In this document: one piece after another, positions 23,550 to 39,883 of the stretch
How the letters are laid out: each line of letters begins with the position of its first letter
How positions within the stretch are numbered: position 1 is the first letter of the stretch
Origin: Candidatus Latescibacterota bacterium
GTDB taxonomy: Bacteria > Latescibacterota > UBA2968 > UBA8231
Length of the DNA stretch: 64,000 nt
Assembly: GCA_965243025.1 (NCBI GenBank)
Contig: CBDETY010000003.1
Coordinates: 4,192,001-4,256,000, forward strand
Reading direction: 5' to 3'
Position numbers and translations under genes: made by a program
The notes under the pieces: generated by a model
Told to the model about the DNA's origin: nothing
Seen by the model: the letters and a program-made list of their open reading frames with translations, nothing else
Databases searched by the model: none

Positions 23550-24785
23550 ATGAGCCGGCGGATCGCCGTCACCGGCCTTGGGGCGGTGACGCCTCTCGGC
23601 TCCGGCGTGGACCGTTTCTGGAACCGCCTCTGCGCCGGCCAGTCGGGCGTCGGTCCGATCACCCTTTTCGACGCCAGCGCCTTCCCGGTGCGCATCGCCG
23701 GGGAGGTAACCGGGTTCGCGCTGCCTGCCGAAATCGACCGCAAGCGGGCCCGCCGCCTCGACAGGTACGCCCTCTTCGGGGTCGCAGCGGCGTTGCAGGC
23801 ATGGCGCGACGCCGGAATCGAAGATCGCGACCCGTATCAGTCCGGAATCGTTCTCGGCTCCAGCCACGGCGGCGAGAACACCGCCCTCCAGGCGGCGGCC
23901 GCCCTCGGCCCGAACCCGTTCCCGAAAGCCGCGAGTCCCTTGCTGATCCCGCGCATGCTCAACAACATGGCGGCGGCCCAGGCGGCGATGCTGCTCGACC
24001 TTCGCGGCCCTGGCTTCTCCCTGTCCTCGGCGTGCGCCACCGGCGGCCACGCCATCGGCGAGGCATCCGAAATTATCCGCAGGGGGGATGCAGAGGTGAT
24101 GATCGCCGGGGCCGCCGAGGCCTGCATAACGCCCCTGACCCTTGCCGGCGACCACGCCCTCGGGGCGCTGTCGCGGCGCAACGCCGAGCCGCAGCGGGCC
24201 TGCCGCCCCTTCGACCGGGACCGGGACGGATTCGTGCTCGCCGAGGGCGCGGCAGTCCTCGTCCTCGAAGAGCGGGAGCATGCCAGAAAACGGGGAGGCC
24301 GCGTCTACGCCGAGCTCTCCGGGTACGGGGCAACCACGGACGGAATACACGAAACCCGCCCGGAACCGAACGGCGCCGCCGCCGCCCGGGCCATCGCCCG
24401 GGCCCTGGAGAAGTCGGGCACCGAACCGGGCGAGGTCAGCGCCGTCTTCGCCCACGCCGCCGGCACCCCGTCAGGGGACCCCGCAGAGGTTCGCGCCCTG
24501 GGCGCTTCTCTCGGGGAAACGCTCACGACCATTCCGGTGACGGCGATCAAGTCGATGACGGGCCACATGTTCGCCGCCTCGGGGGCGGCCCAGGCGGTCG
24601 CCGCGGTAAAGGCGATCGAGTCGGGATCCCTCCCCCCTACCATAAACTGCGAGCACATCGTCGGGATGGAGATCGCCTGCGTGCGGGGCGAGATGCTCCG
24701 AAGGCCGCTCACGCGGGTGCTTTCGAATTCGTTCGGCTTTGGCGGCCACAACTCCGTCCTCCTCTTTGCGGCCCCCATGCCCTGA
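23550..24785 (+). CDS. Beta-ketoacyl-ACP synthase II (FabF)-like condensing enzyme, divergent acyl pocket
   Basis: RIAVTGLG, SACATG (Cys), RDGFVLAEGA, AHAAGT (His), KSMTGH (His), SNSFGFGGHN. Start ATG 23550. Confidence 0.9.
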   Translation: MSRRIAVTGLGAVTPLGSGVDRFWNRLCAGQSGVGPITLFDASAFPVRIAGEVTGFALPAEIDRKRARRLDRYALFGVAAALQAWRDAGIEDRDPYQSGIVLGSSHGGENTALQAAAALGPNPFPKAASPLLIPRMLNNMAAAQAAMLLDLRGPGFSLSSACATGGHAIGEASEIIRRGDAEVMIAGAAEACITPLTLAGDHALGALSRRNAEPQRACRPFDRDRDGFVLAEGAAVLVLEEREHARKRGGRVYAELSGYGATTDGIHETRPEPNGAAAARAIARALEKSGTEPGEVSAVFAHAAGTPSGDPAEVRALGASLGETLTTIPVTAIKSMTGHMFAASGAAQAVAAVKAIESGSLPPTINCEHIVGMEIACVRGEMLRRPLTRVLSNSFGFGGHNSVLLFAAPMP

Positions 24786-24854
24786 CCCTTTCAGTGGCTG
24801 CGGAAACCCCGCAGGGGAAACACCTGCCGGACTTAGCCTACAGGACCCATATAG

Positions 24855-25843
24855 ATGAATGAGATTTCCACCGTTCCCTGCTTCGCGGCTATCGCCGACA
24901 AGGCGATCGCCGGTGACCCCCTCACGCGCGACGAGTGCGCCGAGGTTCTCGCCGCTCCGGACGGCGAGGTGCCTGGCCTGCTCGCCGAGACCTGGCGGGT
25001 GCGCCGCCGCTTCTGTGGCGACAAGGTGCACCTGCATGTCCTGATGAACGCCAAAAGCGGTCTCTGTCCCGAGGACTGCGGCTACTGCTCGCAATCGCGC
25101 GTTTCGGAAGCGGCGATCGAGAAGTACCCCATGGTCAGCCCGGAGCGGCTGCTCGAAGAGGCGCGCGCCGCCAGGCGCTCGCGCGCCAGGCGTTTCTGCA
25201 TCGTCACCAGCGGACGGGGGGCATCGTGGCGCGAGGTTGAATACCTCGCCGGCGCCGTACGCACCATCCGCGAGGAGGTCGACATCGGTATATGCGCCTG
25301 CGTCGGACTGCTCGACGAAGAGAAGGCAAGGGCGCTGAAGGAAGCCGGGGTCGACCAGCTGAACCACAACCTCAACACCAGCGAACGGTTCACTCCCAGC
25401 ATCGTCACCACCCACCGCTACAGCGACCGCGTCAGGACGCTGCAGGCGGCGCGGAAAGCAGGCCTCAACCTTTGCAGCGGCGCGATCTTCGGTATGGGTG
25501 AAACCGACGGGGACGTGATCGACGTCCTCATGGCGCTGCGCGGCCTCGACCCGCAGTCGATACCTGTAAACTTCCTCCATCCCATCGACGGCACCCCCCT
25601 CGAGGAGACCTGGAGGCTGACTCCCCTCCATTGCCTGCGGATCCTCTGCCTGGCGCGGCTGCTGCACCCGCACCGGGAGATCCGCGTCGCCGGCGGACGC
25701 GAGCTGCATCTGCGTTCGCTGCAACCGCTCGCGCTCTACGCGGCGAACTCGATCTTCGTCGAGGGCTATCTCACCACCCCCGGCCAGGGCACGAGGGAGG
25801 CGCTGCAGATGATCGAGGACATGGGATTCGAGGTCGAAGAGGC

Positions 25844-25847
<4 letters not shown>
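24855..25847 (+). CDS. bioB: Biotin synthase
   Basis: CPEDCGYC radical SAM motif, NHNLNTS, IPVNFL, GGRE, ANSIF. Confidence 0.96.
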
Positions 25848-27196
<1,349 letters not shown>

Positions 27197-28326
27197 CTTC
27201 CTGCGCTCGGAGCGCGGCCGTCTCGAGCGGCTCGGCCTGCGCCGGTCGGTTGTGACCCCCGAGAGGCGTGACGGGGTCCGGGCCTGGCTAGAAGGCCGCG
27301 AATACGTCCTCTTCACATCGAACGACTACCTCGGGCTCGCCGCGCACCCCGAGGTGATCGCAGCCGCCGGCGAGGCCGCCCGCCGGTTCGGGACGGGTGC
27401 GGGGTCTGCCAGGCTGCTGCACGGGTCCACACCCCTGCACGAGGATCTGCAGGAACGGCTGGCGCGGCTTACAGGCAAGCAGTCCTCCCTGCTGTTCAGC
27501 TCGGGATACATGGCCAACCTCGGGCTGCTCTCCGCCCTGGCCGGAAACGGGGACGCGATCTTCTACGACGAGCGCGCCCACGCCTCGATCATCGACGGGG
27601 CGAGGTTGTCGCGCGCCACCGCTCTCCCCTACCGGCACAACGACGCCGGCGGGCTCGACGATCTGCTGCGTAAGACCCACGCCCGCCGACGCATGGTGGT
27701 CACCGAGAGCGTCTTCAGCATGGACGGGGACCTGGCGCCCCTCGAGGCCCTGGGGGAAACGGCTTCCCGCCACGATGCCCTGCTGGTCGTCGACGAGGCG
27801 CACGCCATCGGGGTCTTCGGAGAGGGCGGCGGCCTCCTGGGACGCTTGGGCCCCGACGCCCCGGCCGTCGTCACAGGCACGCTTTCGAAGGGGCTCGGCT
27901 CGGTCGGCGGTTTCGTCGCCGGGGATCCGGCCCTGATCGAGTTCCTCATCGACCGCTCCCGCACCTTCATCTTCGATACCGCCCTGCCGCCGTCGGCGGT
28001 TGCCGCCGCGGCCGCCGCCCTCGACGTCGCGCGGAACGAGCCCTGGCGCCGGAAGCGGGTCCTCGACCTCGGCGAAACCCTGCGCTCCAGCTTGAGCCGC
28101 CTCGGCTACCCTCCTTCCCGCTCCGACTCGCAGATCGTGCCGGTGCTCCTCGGCAGGCCTGCCGCCGCGGTCGCCGCGGAGGAGGATCTCAAGGCGCACG
28201 GAATCCTGGCGCGGGCTGTGCGGCCCCCGGCGGTGCCCCGCGGAACGTCGCGGATCCGCTTCGGAGTAACCGCGGCTCACGAGGAGGAGCACCTGCGGCA
28301 GGTCGCCGCGGCGATGGAGTCCTTCC

Positions 28327-29028
28327 GTGGGTAGGATCGTTCTCGTGACCGGGACCGACACCGGCGTCGGCAAAACGGTCGTTTCCGCATGGCTGGCGTG
28401 GAAAGCGTCGCGGGCGGGCAAGGTTGCCCTGATCAAGGCGGTCCAGACCGGAGCCGATCCCGAGGTCGGCGGGGACGAGGCGTTCTACCGCGCCGCCCTC
28501 CGCGGCATCGACGTTTCCCTGGGAACGCTGGCATCCTTCCCCGAACCGATGGCGCCGCTGATCGCCGCGCGCCGGGCTGGACGCCCGCTCGATTTCGAGG
28601 CCCTCACGCGGCAGTGCGAGTCCGTGGCCGCGGCTCACGACCTCACCCTGGTGGAGGGCTCGGGTGGGATGCTGGTACCGATAGACGAGAAACGGGATTT
28701 CGCCGACCTCGCCCTGCGCCTCGACGCCGCCCTGGCGGTCGTTGTCCGTCCCGGTCTCGGGACGCTGAATCACACCGCCCTCACCCTCGAGGCGGCAGAG
28801 CGGCGGGGGCTCGAGGTTCCCCTGCTGATCTGCAGCGGAGCCTCTCGGGAACCGGACGCGGTCGAGCGCGAGAACCTGCGTTTCTTCGCGGCGATGCGGG
28901 AGGCGCGCCAGCCGCGCACCCCGATGGCGTTGCTGGTGATCGAGCGCGCCCTCGAGGCCGACGCGGCCAGGCCTGAACGGCTCGCCGTCAGGACCGAGGG
29001 GCCGTTGCCCGGGTGGCTGTCCGGCTGA
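28327..29028 (+). CDS. bioD: Dethiobiotin synthase
   Basis: TGTDTGVGKT, VEGSGG, LGTLNHT. Confidence 0.95.
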   Translation: MGRIVLVTGTDTGVGKTVVSAWLAWKASRAGKVALIKAVQTGADPEVGGDEAFYRAALRGIDVSLGTLASFPEPMAPLIAARRAGRPLDFEALTRQCESVAAAHDLTLVEGSGGMLVPIDEKRDFADLALRLDAALAVVVRPGLGTLNHTALTLEAAERRGLEVPLLICSGASREPDAVERENLRFFAAMREARQPRTPMALLVIERALEADAARPERLAVRTEGPLPGWLSG

Positions 29029-29132
29029 CGCCGGACTCTACCGGTCCGGCCTTGATCGCCCGCAGGACTGCCGCCTATACTGGAACTGTTGCAAGATCCC
29101 TTTCCCCCCAACCGACCCACGAGGAGGAGTCC

Positions 29133-30653
29133 ATGGGCAGAGCCATGAAAGCCCTCTTCCTGCTCACCACAATGGCGGCGCCGGCCCTGGCTGAGGACGA
29201 AGCCGGTGCAAGCGGGCTCCAGCATCACCTGAGCCGCCTGGACGGGCTTTTCGGCGACACCGTCAACCTGCTTGCGACCTTCCTCTTCGCCGAATTCGGC
29301 ACGGGAGTTCCCCTGATCGTCGGCGTCCTCGTGGCCGGCGGCGTCTACTACAGCTTCTACTTCGGGTGGCTTTCGATCCGAGGCTTCCGGCACTCCATCG
29401 ACGTAATCCGCGGCCGCTACGACAACCCTGACGACCCGGGGGAAATTTCCCACTTCCAGGCCCTTACCAGCGCCCTGTCGGCGACGATAGGTCTCGGCAA
29501 CATCGCCGGTGTGGCGATCGCGGTCAGCGTCGGCGGGCCCGGGGCGGTGTTCTGGATGCTCGTCACCGCCCTGGTGGGCATGTCCTCCAAGCTCGCCTCC
29601 TGCACCCTGGCGGTGATGTACCGCAACGTCCACCCCGACGGCCGCGTCTCCGGCGGGCCCATGTACTACCTCGAGAAGGGGCTGGCGACGATGGGCATGG
29701 CCGAGTTCGGCCGCACCCTGGCGGTGCTCTTCGCCTTCCTCACCATCGGCGGCTCCCTGGGCGGCGGCAACATGTTCCAGGCCAACCAGACCCTCGAGAT
29801 CCTCGGGACCGTGTCGCCGTGGTTCAAGAGCTACAACTGGGTCATGGGCCTGATCATGGCCGGCCTCGTGGCCCTGGTCATCATCGGCGGCATCCGCCGC
29901 ATCGGGCGGGTGACCTCGCGCATCGTCCCCGGCATGTGCCTGCTCTACGTCATCACCTCGGTCTTCATCATCGCGTGGAACATCCAGGCGGTGCCGGCCA
30001 CCATCGCCCGCATCGTCTCCGACGCCTTCACCGGACCGGCGATGTACGGCGGCTTCCTCGGGGTCCTCGTCATGGGCGTCCGGCGCGCCGCCTTCTCCAA
30101 CGAGGCCGGCCTCGGCTCGGCCGCCTTCGCCCATGCCGCGGCCAAGACCGACGAGCCCGCGCGGGAGGGCATGGTGGCCATGATCGGCCCCTTCATCGAC
30201 ACCATCGTCATCTGCCTGATGACGGCGCTGGTGTGCACCATCACCGGCGTCTTCGAACGCCCCGAATTCCAGACGGGCGGCAGCATCGTCGGCGTGCGCA
30301 TGACCGCGGCCGCCTTCGACTCCTTCATCCCCGGGGCCCGCTACGTGCTGGCCGTTGCCGTCATGCTCTTCGCCTACTCGACCATGATCTCCTGGTCCTA
30401 CTACGGCGAGCGCGCCTGGGAGTACCTCTTCGGCGAAGCCTCTGTCCTCATCTACCGGGTGATCTTCGTCTGCTTCGTCTTCCTCGGATCGGTGACCGCC
30501 CTCAGCAACGTCATCGACTTCTCGGACATGATGATCCTCGGCATGGCCTTCCCCAACATTCTCGGCGGAGTGCTGCTGAGCCCGCGGATCAAGGCCTGTC
30601 TCCAGGATTACTGGCAACGTCTGCAGGAGGGCCGGATGACCCGCTACAGGTAA
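29133..30653 (+). CDS. Alanine/glycine:cation symporter (AGCS family)
   Basis: SATIGLGNIAGVA, GGPGAVFWM, GGPMYY, FSNEAGLGS, FAYSTMISWSYYGE; GAGGAG RBS. Confidence 0.95.
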   Translation: MGRAMKALFLLTTMAAPALAEDEAGASGLQHHLSRLDGLFGDTVNLLATFLFAEFGTGVPLIVGVLVAGGVYYSFYFGWLSIRGFRHSIDVIRGRYDNPDDPGEISHFQALTSALSATIGLGNIAGVAIAVSVGGPGAVFWMLVTALVGMSSKLASCTLAVMYRNVHPDGRVSGGPMYYLEKGLATMGMAEFGRTLAVLFAFLTIGGSLGGGNMFQANQTLEILGTVSPWFKSYNWVMGLIMAGLVALVIIGGIRRIGRVTSRIVPGMCLLYVITSVFIIAWNIQAVPATIARIVSDAFTGPAMYGGFLGVLVMGVRRAAFSNEAGLGSAAFAHAAAKTDEPAREGMVAMIGPFIDTIVICLMTALVCTITGVFERPEFQTGGSIVGVRMTAAAFDSFIPGARYVLAVAVMLFAYSTMISWSYYGERAWEYLFGEASVLIYRVIFVCFVFLGSVTALSNVIDFSDMMILGMAFPNILGGVLLSPRIKACLQDYWQRLQEGRMTRYR

Positions 30654-30680
30654 TTCCCTGCCCCAGGAGAACGCGCCAGC

Positions 30681-32447
30681 TCAGTCGCGCAGACTGTCCC
30701 GGTCCTCGGCGAGGAACATCTCCTCGACTTCCAGGTCGGAAAAACCGAGCATCCAGTCCATCGGGGAGACGCGCTCGGAATGCTCCTTCAGCCGCAGGCG
30801 CCTGATGAAGGCGAGCCGGCTGATGCCGAAGGTCACCGTCGTCACCCGCCCCCCCTCGACGGCCACATCGATTTCCCGTTTCCGCCCGCCGTACTCGATC
30901 TCGACCCAGTGGCTGCCCGCCGGGATGTTGTGCAACAGGATCCCGTTGATCCCCCCGCGCAGCAGGGAGATGTTGTAGCGCCCCCCGAGCCGTATCGCCA
31001 GGCCCGCGTCCGCTACCGCCGCTCCCAGCGGTGACTGCAGAAGGGCGAGGGAGCCGTCGAGGTCGGCCATCCGGTCGAGACTCGCGGTCTCCTCGGCGGC
31101 AAGGCGGCTGACGACCTCGATCGGGGCCTCTTCCTGCGGGCCGACCCGCGGGCGCGTGATCTCCCAGGCCGGGCGCGCCCGCACCGGCGTGATCCCGTCC
31201 TCGCGGCTGAGGACGTACATCAGGAGGTTCATGCCAGCCTGAAGGAAAGGCCCGCTGTCGGCCGGCTCCTGCTCCTCCTCGAGTTCGTACATCCCCGCCC
31301 ACCTTTCCCCCAGGCCTATGTCGCTGAGGATGGCCACGAGACGGCCGTCCAGCTCAACGCCCCAGAGCCCCAGCTTGGGCAGCCCGGGAACGGCTTCCTC
31401 CGCGATTTCCGGGGACGAGTCTTCAGGCGGCGGCAGCTCATCGCCGCGCCCGGAGCCGGGGTAGTACCACGATCCCTCCGATACCTCGAGAAGGTTGTCC
31501 TTGCCCTCCTCTCCCGGGAAACCGGTATGGAAGTCGAAGAAGGAATGGTACAGATCGTGATCGACGCCGATCGAACCGATACCGCCGTCGTTTTTCAGGA
31601 CCGACTTCAGAGAGTCGGCCATTTCGGTAAGAAAGCGATAGCCGCCCTCGATATACAGCAGCCCTCCTCCACGCATGTATTCTGCGAGCAGCTCCTTCTC
31701 CTTGTCGTGGAAGCGGACCCGGTATTGGGAGGTCGTGACCGGCTTGCCTTCCCCCTCGAACAGGAAGTGAATCGGGTAGTCGAGGAGGTATTCCTGGTCG
31801 AAATAACCCTGCCAGTGCTGATCGACCTTGACGAGGATGTTCGTGCGGTCGCTGGTGTAGCGGGCCAGAGCGTCGAGAGGGAAGCCCCTGGACCCGGCCC
31901 CGCGCAGCTGGAGCCGCGCGATGATGAGGTACCCCCTGGCATCCCTGCGGCTGTGGAGGTCGGGAATGATCGCCGCCGGCTCCCGGCCCGCCCGGGCGAG
32001 ATCCTCGATGCGCAGCAGGTCGAGAGCTTCCCTGCGCCCCGCCGTGTCCGCCCAGCCGTACTCGTGCGGCGACAGCTTGCGCTCCTCGACGAATGCCAGG
32101 GTTTCGGGCGGCGCCCCGGTGCCGATCTCCCGGAGGGCGAAGTCGACCTCGGGCGCCTCCGGGGGGCGGGGAACGAACTCGGTGCGAGTGACCTCTTCCG
32201 CCATGGTTTCCGGCTCCGCTTCCCGCCGCAGGTATTCCATCCTCGACTCGGGGAGCCGTTTCGGTTCCGGGACGCGCATCCGCTGGGGCTCGAACCGCCG
32301 CGCGGGGATGTTGGCGATCCTCGCCCGGAAAGCCCTGGCCTCTTCCGCCTCGCGCCAGGACAGGGCGATGTAGTTGACAGCGACCAGGTGCAGCAGAAAG
32401 GAGATGATCAGGCACGGCCAGATTATCGGATCGCGTCGTCGTCGCAT
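30681..32447 (-). CDS. Membrane-anchored DUF4159-like protein
   Basis: N-terminal SFLLHL anchor; EYMRGGGLLYIE, HDLYHSFFDF, LWGVELDGRLVAI, GMNLLMYVL typical of DUF4159. Confidence 0.65.
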   Translation of the reverse strand: MRRRRDPIIWPCLIISFLLHLVAVNYIALSWREAEEARAFRARIANIPARRFEPQRMRVPEPKRLPESRMEYLRREAEPETMAEEVTRTEFVPRPPEAPEVDFALREIGTGAPPETLAFVEERKLSPHEYGWADTAGRREALDLLRIEDLARAGREPAAIIPDLHSRRDARGYLIIARLQLRGAGSRGFPLDALARYTSDRTNILVKVDQHWQGYFDQEYLLDYPIHFLFEGEGKPVTTSQYRVRFHDKEKELLAEYMRGGGLLYIEGGYRFLTEMADSLKSVLKNDGGIGSIGVDHDLYHSFFDFHTGFPGEEGKDNLLEVSEGSWYYPGSGRGDELPPPEDSSPEIAEEAVPGLPKLGLWGVELDGRLVAILSDIGLGERWAGMYELEEEQEPADSGPFLQAGMNLLMYVLSREDGITPVRARPAWEITRPRVGPQEEAPIEVVSRLAAEETASLDRMADLDGSLALLQSPLGAAVADAGLAIRLGGRYNISLLRGGINGILLHNIPAGSHWVEIEYGGRKREIDVAVEGGRVTTVTFGISRLAFIRRLRLKEHSERVSPMDWMLGFSDLEVEEMFLAEDRDSLRD

Positions 32448-32667
32448 TGCAGTGGCAGGCAATCAGTTGGGCAATCCTGTTGAAGGTCGCTTTCCGAGGG
32501 AAGCGGGGCAATCGCAACTGGTTGATATCCCGAATTCGCGTAAATTCTGTGCCCTTCAGGAGTTTATACCATATGGGACTCGCGGCCGCGGGGATGGTTC
32601 GCGGAACGGCGCCGCAGGCCGGCAAGGCGGCCTGTTCACAGCGGTTGCGCCCAGGTCAACCTCGACG

Positions 32668-35331
<2,664 letters not shown>

Positions 35332-35335
35332 GCTG

Positions 35336-36994
35336 ATGGCGACCGAATTCAAGCTCCCCGACCTCGGGGAAAACGTCGAGGCCGGAGAGGTCATCAACGT
35401 CCTCGTTTCGGTTGGCGACTCCCTCGAAGAGGACCAGCCGGTCATCGAGCTCGAGACCGACAAGGCCGTCATCGAAGTCCCCTCCTCGGTCAGCGGCACC
35501 ATTGCCGAGATCAGGGTATCCGAAGGGGACACCGCGGCCGTGGGCCAGGTCATTCTCACGGTCGAAGGGTCTGCCGGAGGCCCCGGGCAGAAGCAGGAGG
35601 CGCCAGCGCGAAAAGACGGAACGCCTGCCCGCGAGGTCGAAGCCCCACAACCACCGGTGCCCCGGCAACCGCCTTCCCCTGCCGGAGAGGCGGCGGCTTC
35701 CCGGCCGATCGAGGTGAAACTTCCCGCCCTCGGCGAGGGGATCGAGAGCGGGGACATCGTCGCCGTGCTCGTGTCCCCGGGCAGCGACATCGCCGTCGAC
35801 GACCCGGTGCTGGAGATCGAGATCGACAAGGGTGTCGTCGAGATGCCTTCCCCCCTCGCCGGCAAGGTAACCGCCGTCCACGTGAGCGAAGGGGACAAGG
35901 CAGCCGTCGGGCAGTTGGTCCTCACCCTTGAAAGCGATGCTCCCGCCCCCGAATCCGGGCCTGCCGAACCGCTTCCAGCCCACGCGGAAAAAGAGGGGCC
36001 GCAGGCTGCGCCTGCCGCTCCCCCTCCAACCCCCGTCCCGGCTCCCGCGCCTCCGGCAGGCACCGATACACCCGCCCCGACGAAGCTGGTGCCAGCGGCC
36101 CCGTCGGTGCGCCGCCTTGCCCGGGAAATAGGGATCGACATCGCCGAGGTCCGGGGAACGGGTCCCGGGGGCCGCATCTCGGCGGACGACGTAAAGTCGC
36201 ATTCCCGCGCCGTCAACAGCCGGCGCGCCGCAGCTCCCGGGGCAGCGGGCGCGCAAGCGGAGGCCGCTCCGCTCCCGGACTTCTCGAAGTGGGGGGACGT
36301 CGAGCGCGAGCCGATGAGCAACGTGCGCCGCGTCACCGCCCGGCACATGGCGGGCGTCTGGGGGACCATTCCCCACGTCACGCAGTTCGACAAGGCGGAC
36401 GTCACCGATCTCGAGGCCTGGCGCAGGAAATACGGCAAGACGGTCGAGGCGGCCGGGGGCAAGCTGACGCCGACGGCGATCGCCATGAAGGTGGCGGCCG
36501 CAGCGCTGTCGAAGTTCCCGGCGTTCAACGCCAGCATCGACGTCGGCAGCGAGGAGGTGGTCTTCAAGAAGTACATCAACATCGGCGTCGCCGTGGATAC
36601 CGAGCGCGGGCTGCTGGTGCCGGTAGTCCGCGACGTCGACCGCAAGAACATCCTCGAGCTGTCGGTCGAGCTGACCGAGATCTCGGCAAGGGCGCGCAGC
36701 GGCAAGCTCGGTATCGAGGAGATGCAGGGCGGCACCTTCACCATCAGCAACCTCGGGGGGATCGGCGGCACCTCGTTCACGCCGCTGGTCAACGCTCCCG
36801 AGGTGGCGATTCTCGGAATCGCCCGCAGCAGCCAGGAGCCGGTTCTCGTCGACGGGGAATTCGCGCCGCGCCTGATGATGCCCCTGGCCCTGTCCTACGA
36901 CCACCGCCTGATCGACGGCGCCGACGGAGCCCGCTTTCTGCGCTGGTTCTGCGACGCCCTGGAAAACCCGTTTCTGCTCGCCCTCGGCGGGTAG
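35336..36994 (+). CDS. aceF: Dihydrolipoamide acetyltransferase E2 (two lipoyl domains)
   Basis: ETDKA and EIDKG lipoyl motifs, E3-binding APSVRRLAR, DHRLIDG. Confidence 0.96.
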   Translation: MATEFKLPDLGENVEAGEVINVLVSVGDSLEEDQPVIELETDKAVIEVPSSVSGTIAEIRVSEGDTAAVGQVILTVEGSAGGPGQKQEAPARKDGTPAREVEAPQPPVPRQPPSPAGEAAASRPIEVKLPALGEGIESGDIVAVLVSPGSDIAVDDPVLEIEIDKGVVEMPSPLAGKVTAVHVSEGDKAAVGQLVLTLESDAPAPESGPAEPLPAHAEKEGPQAAPAAPPPTPVPAPAPPAGTDTPAPTKLVPAAPSVRRLAREIGIDIAEVRGTGPGGRISADDVKSHSRAVNSRRAAAPGAAGAQAEAAPLPDFSKWGDVEREPMSNVRRVTARHMAGVWGTIPHVTQFDKADVTDLEAWRRKYGKTVEAAGGKLTPTAIAMKVAAAALSKFPAFNASIDVGSEEVVFKKYINIGVAVDTERGLLVPVVRDVDRKNILELSVELTEISARARSGKLGIEEMQGGTFTISNLGGIGGTSFTPLVNAPEVAILGIARSSQEPVLVDGEFAPRLMMPLALSYDHRLIDGADGARFLRWFCDALENPFLLALGG

Positions 36995-37010
36995 GAACCC
37001 GGTCCGTGCC

Positions 37011-38420
<1,410 letters not shown>

Positions 38421-38469
38421 CCGCGGAGGGAGCCGCCCTTTCAGGACTGCATTTCGTCAGGCCTGGAAG

Positions 38470-39795
38470 ATGACCCGGAACCAGAAACCCCCCGCTGCTT
38501 CGGGAGCATCCATGACAACAGCTGCGTCGCCGGTCAGGCATTTCCCCCTGGTACTGGCGCTTCATTTTGCTGTTGGGCTGATTCCTCAGGTTCACCTGCA
38601 TGCCGAAGTCCTGTCGCGGGGCGATGCGGTGCGCATGGTCATCGAGCGCAACCCGGAAGTGGAAGCGGCTCGCAACGCCTGGGAGGGCGCCCGCGCCCGT
38701 GCGCGGCTGGACAGGGCCCCGCCAGATCCTGAATTCGAGTTCGAAGAACTCCCCAGGCTGGGAGGATCGCAACATCATGGCGAGCACACGATCGGCGTCA
38801 GCCAACGGGTTGAATTTCCCCTGAAGTGGTGGCATCGCCTGCGGGCCGGCCGCCGGCAGGCTGAGGCGGCCCGTCTCGCCCTCTACGAGACGGCAAAGCT
38901 CGACATGGGCATACGGGCAAAGAACGCCTATGACCGGATCGCCCTGCAGAGGTCGCTGCTCCGGCATGCGCGCCAGGACCTCGACCTGGCCCTGGAAATC
39001 CTGCGCCAGGCCAGGATCCGGTTCGAAGCGGGGGATGTGCCCCAGTTGGACGTCATGCGGGCCAGCGTCGAGGCCGGACGGGCAACCAATCGCCTGACCG
39101 CAGCGGAAAACGACCTCTCCGCGGCCAGGACCGGGCTCAATGCGCTCCTTGCCCGTCCGCTGCAGACCCGGTTTTCGATATCGGACAGCCTGTTCTACCA
39201 GCCCCATGATACCGACCTCGACCAACTGACCGATACCGCCCTGCGGCAACGGCCCGATCTGGCGGGGGTTTCGCTGCGGTTGAAAGCCATGGAGAACCGC
39301 CAGGGGGCGGCGACCGCCGCTCTTTTTCCGGATCTGAATCTGGGGCTGGCTCTCCAACAGCGGCATGGCCACGGGGAAGATTCCTGGCTTTTTCGTTTGG
39401 GAATGGAGATTCCGCTGTGGGCCTTCTCCCGCCAGCGCGGCGAACGGGCCGAAGCCAGGGCCGCGGTTGCCCGGACCGAGGCCGAACGCGAGGCGCTGCG
39501 CTACCGGGTCCTTCTCGAAACGCAACAGGCGTGGCTCGACCTCGGTACCGCCGGCAAGCAGGTGGTCCTGTTCCAGGACCGGATCCTTCCCGAAGCCGGG
39601 CGTGCGTTCGAGTTGGCGGGCCGCAGCTACGAGGAGGGCAAATCCTCCTACCTCGAGCTGCTGGAAACCCAGCGCACCTGGATCGAGACGCAGGTGGAAT
39701 ACGCCGAGGTCCTGTTCGAGTACCGGGCCGCCGAGGCTGCGCTGGAAAGGGCGGTCGGCAGTCCCCTGCCTGCAAGGAGCCCTTCGGGGAATTGA
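38470..39795 (+). CDS. TolC/CzcC family outer membrane efflux protein
   Basis: OEP repeats (RFEAGDVPQLDV; YEEGKSSYLELL), His-containing loops. Start could be 38512. Confidence 0.88.
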   Translation: MTRNQKPPAASGASMTTAASPVRHFPLVLALHFAVGLIPQVHLHAEVLSRGDAVRMVIERNPEVEAARNAWEGARARARLDRAPPDPEFEFEELPRLGGSQHHGEHTIGVSQRVEFPLKWWHRLRAGRRQAEAARLALYETAKLDMGIRAKNAYDRIALQRSLLRHARQDLDLALEILRQARIRFEAGDVPQLDVMRASVEAGRATNRLTAAENDLSAARTGLNALLARPLQTRFSISDSLFYQPHDTDLDQLTDTALRQRPDLAGVSLRLKAMENRQGAATAALFPDLNLGLALQQRHGHGEDSWLFRLGMEIPLWAFSRQRGERAEARAAVARTEAEREALRYRVLLETQQAWLDLGTAGKQVVLFQDRILPEAGRAFELAGRSYEEGKSSYLELLETQRTWIETQVEYAEVLFEYRAAEAALERAVGSPLPARSPSGN

Positions 39796-39883
39796 CCGAC
39801 TGCCGCGGGGGGCAATGTTGAACAGTGAATTACCGGTGGGCTCCCATCAGGTACGCAGGAGTCCTCATCCGTCCCCGGGGAGA

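Noticed and set aside
30650-30660. TAATTCCC as the partner IS1595 end
   Set aside because: It is the symporter stop codon, on the wrong side of the junction, with no further similarity.
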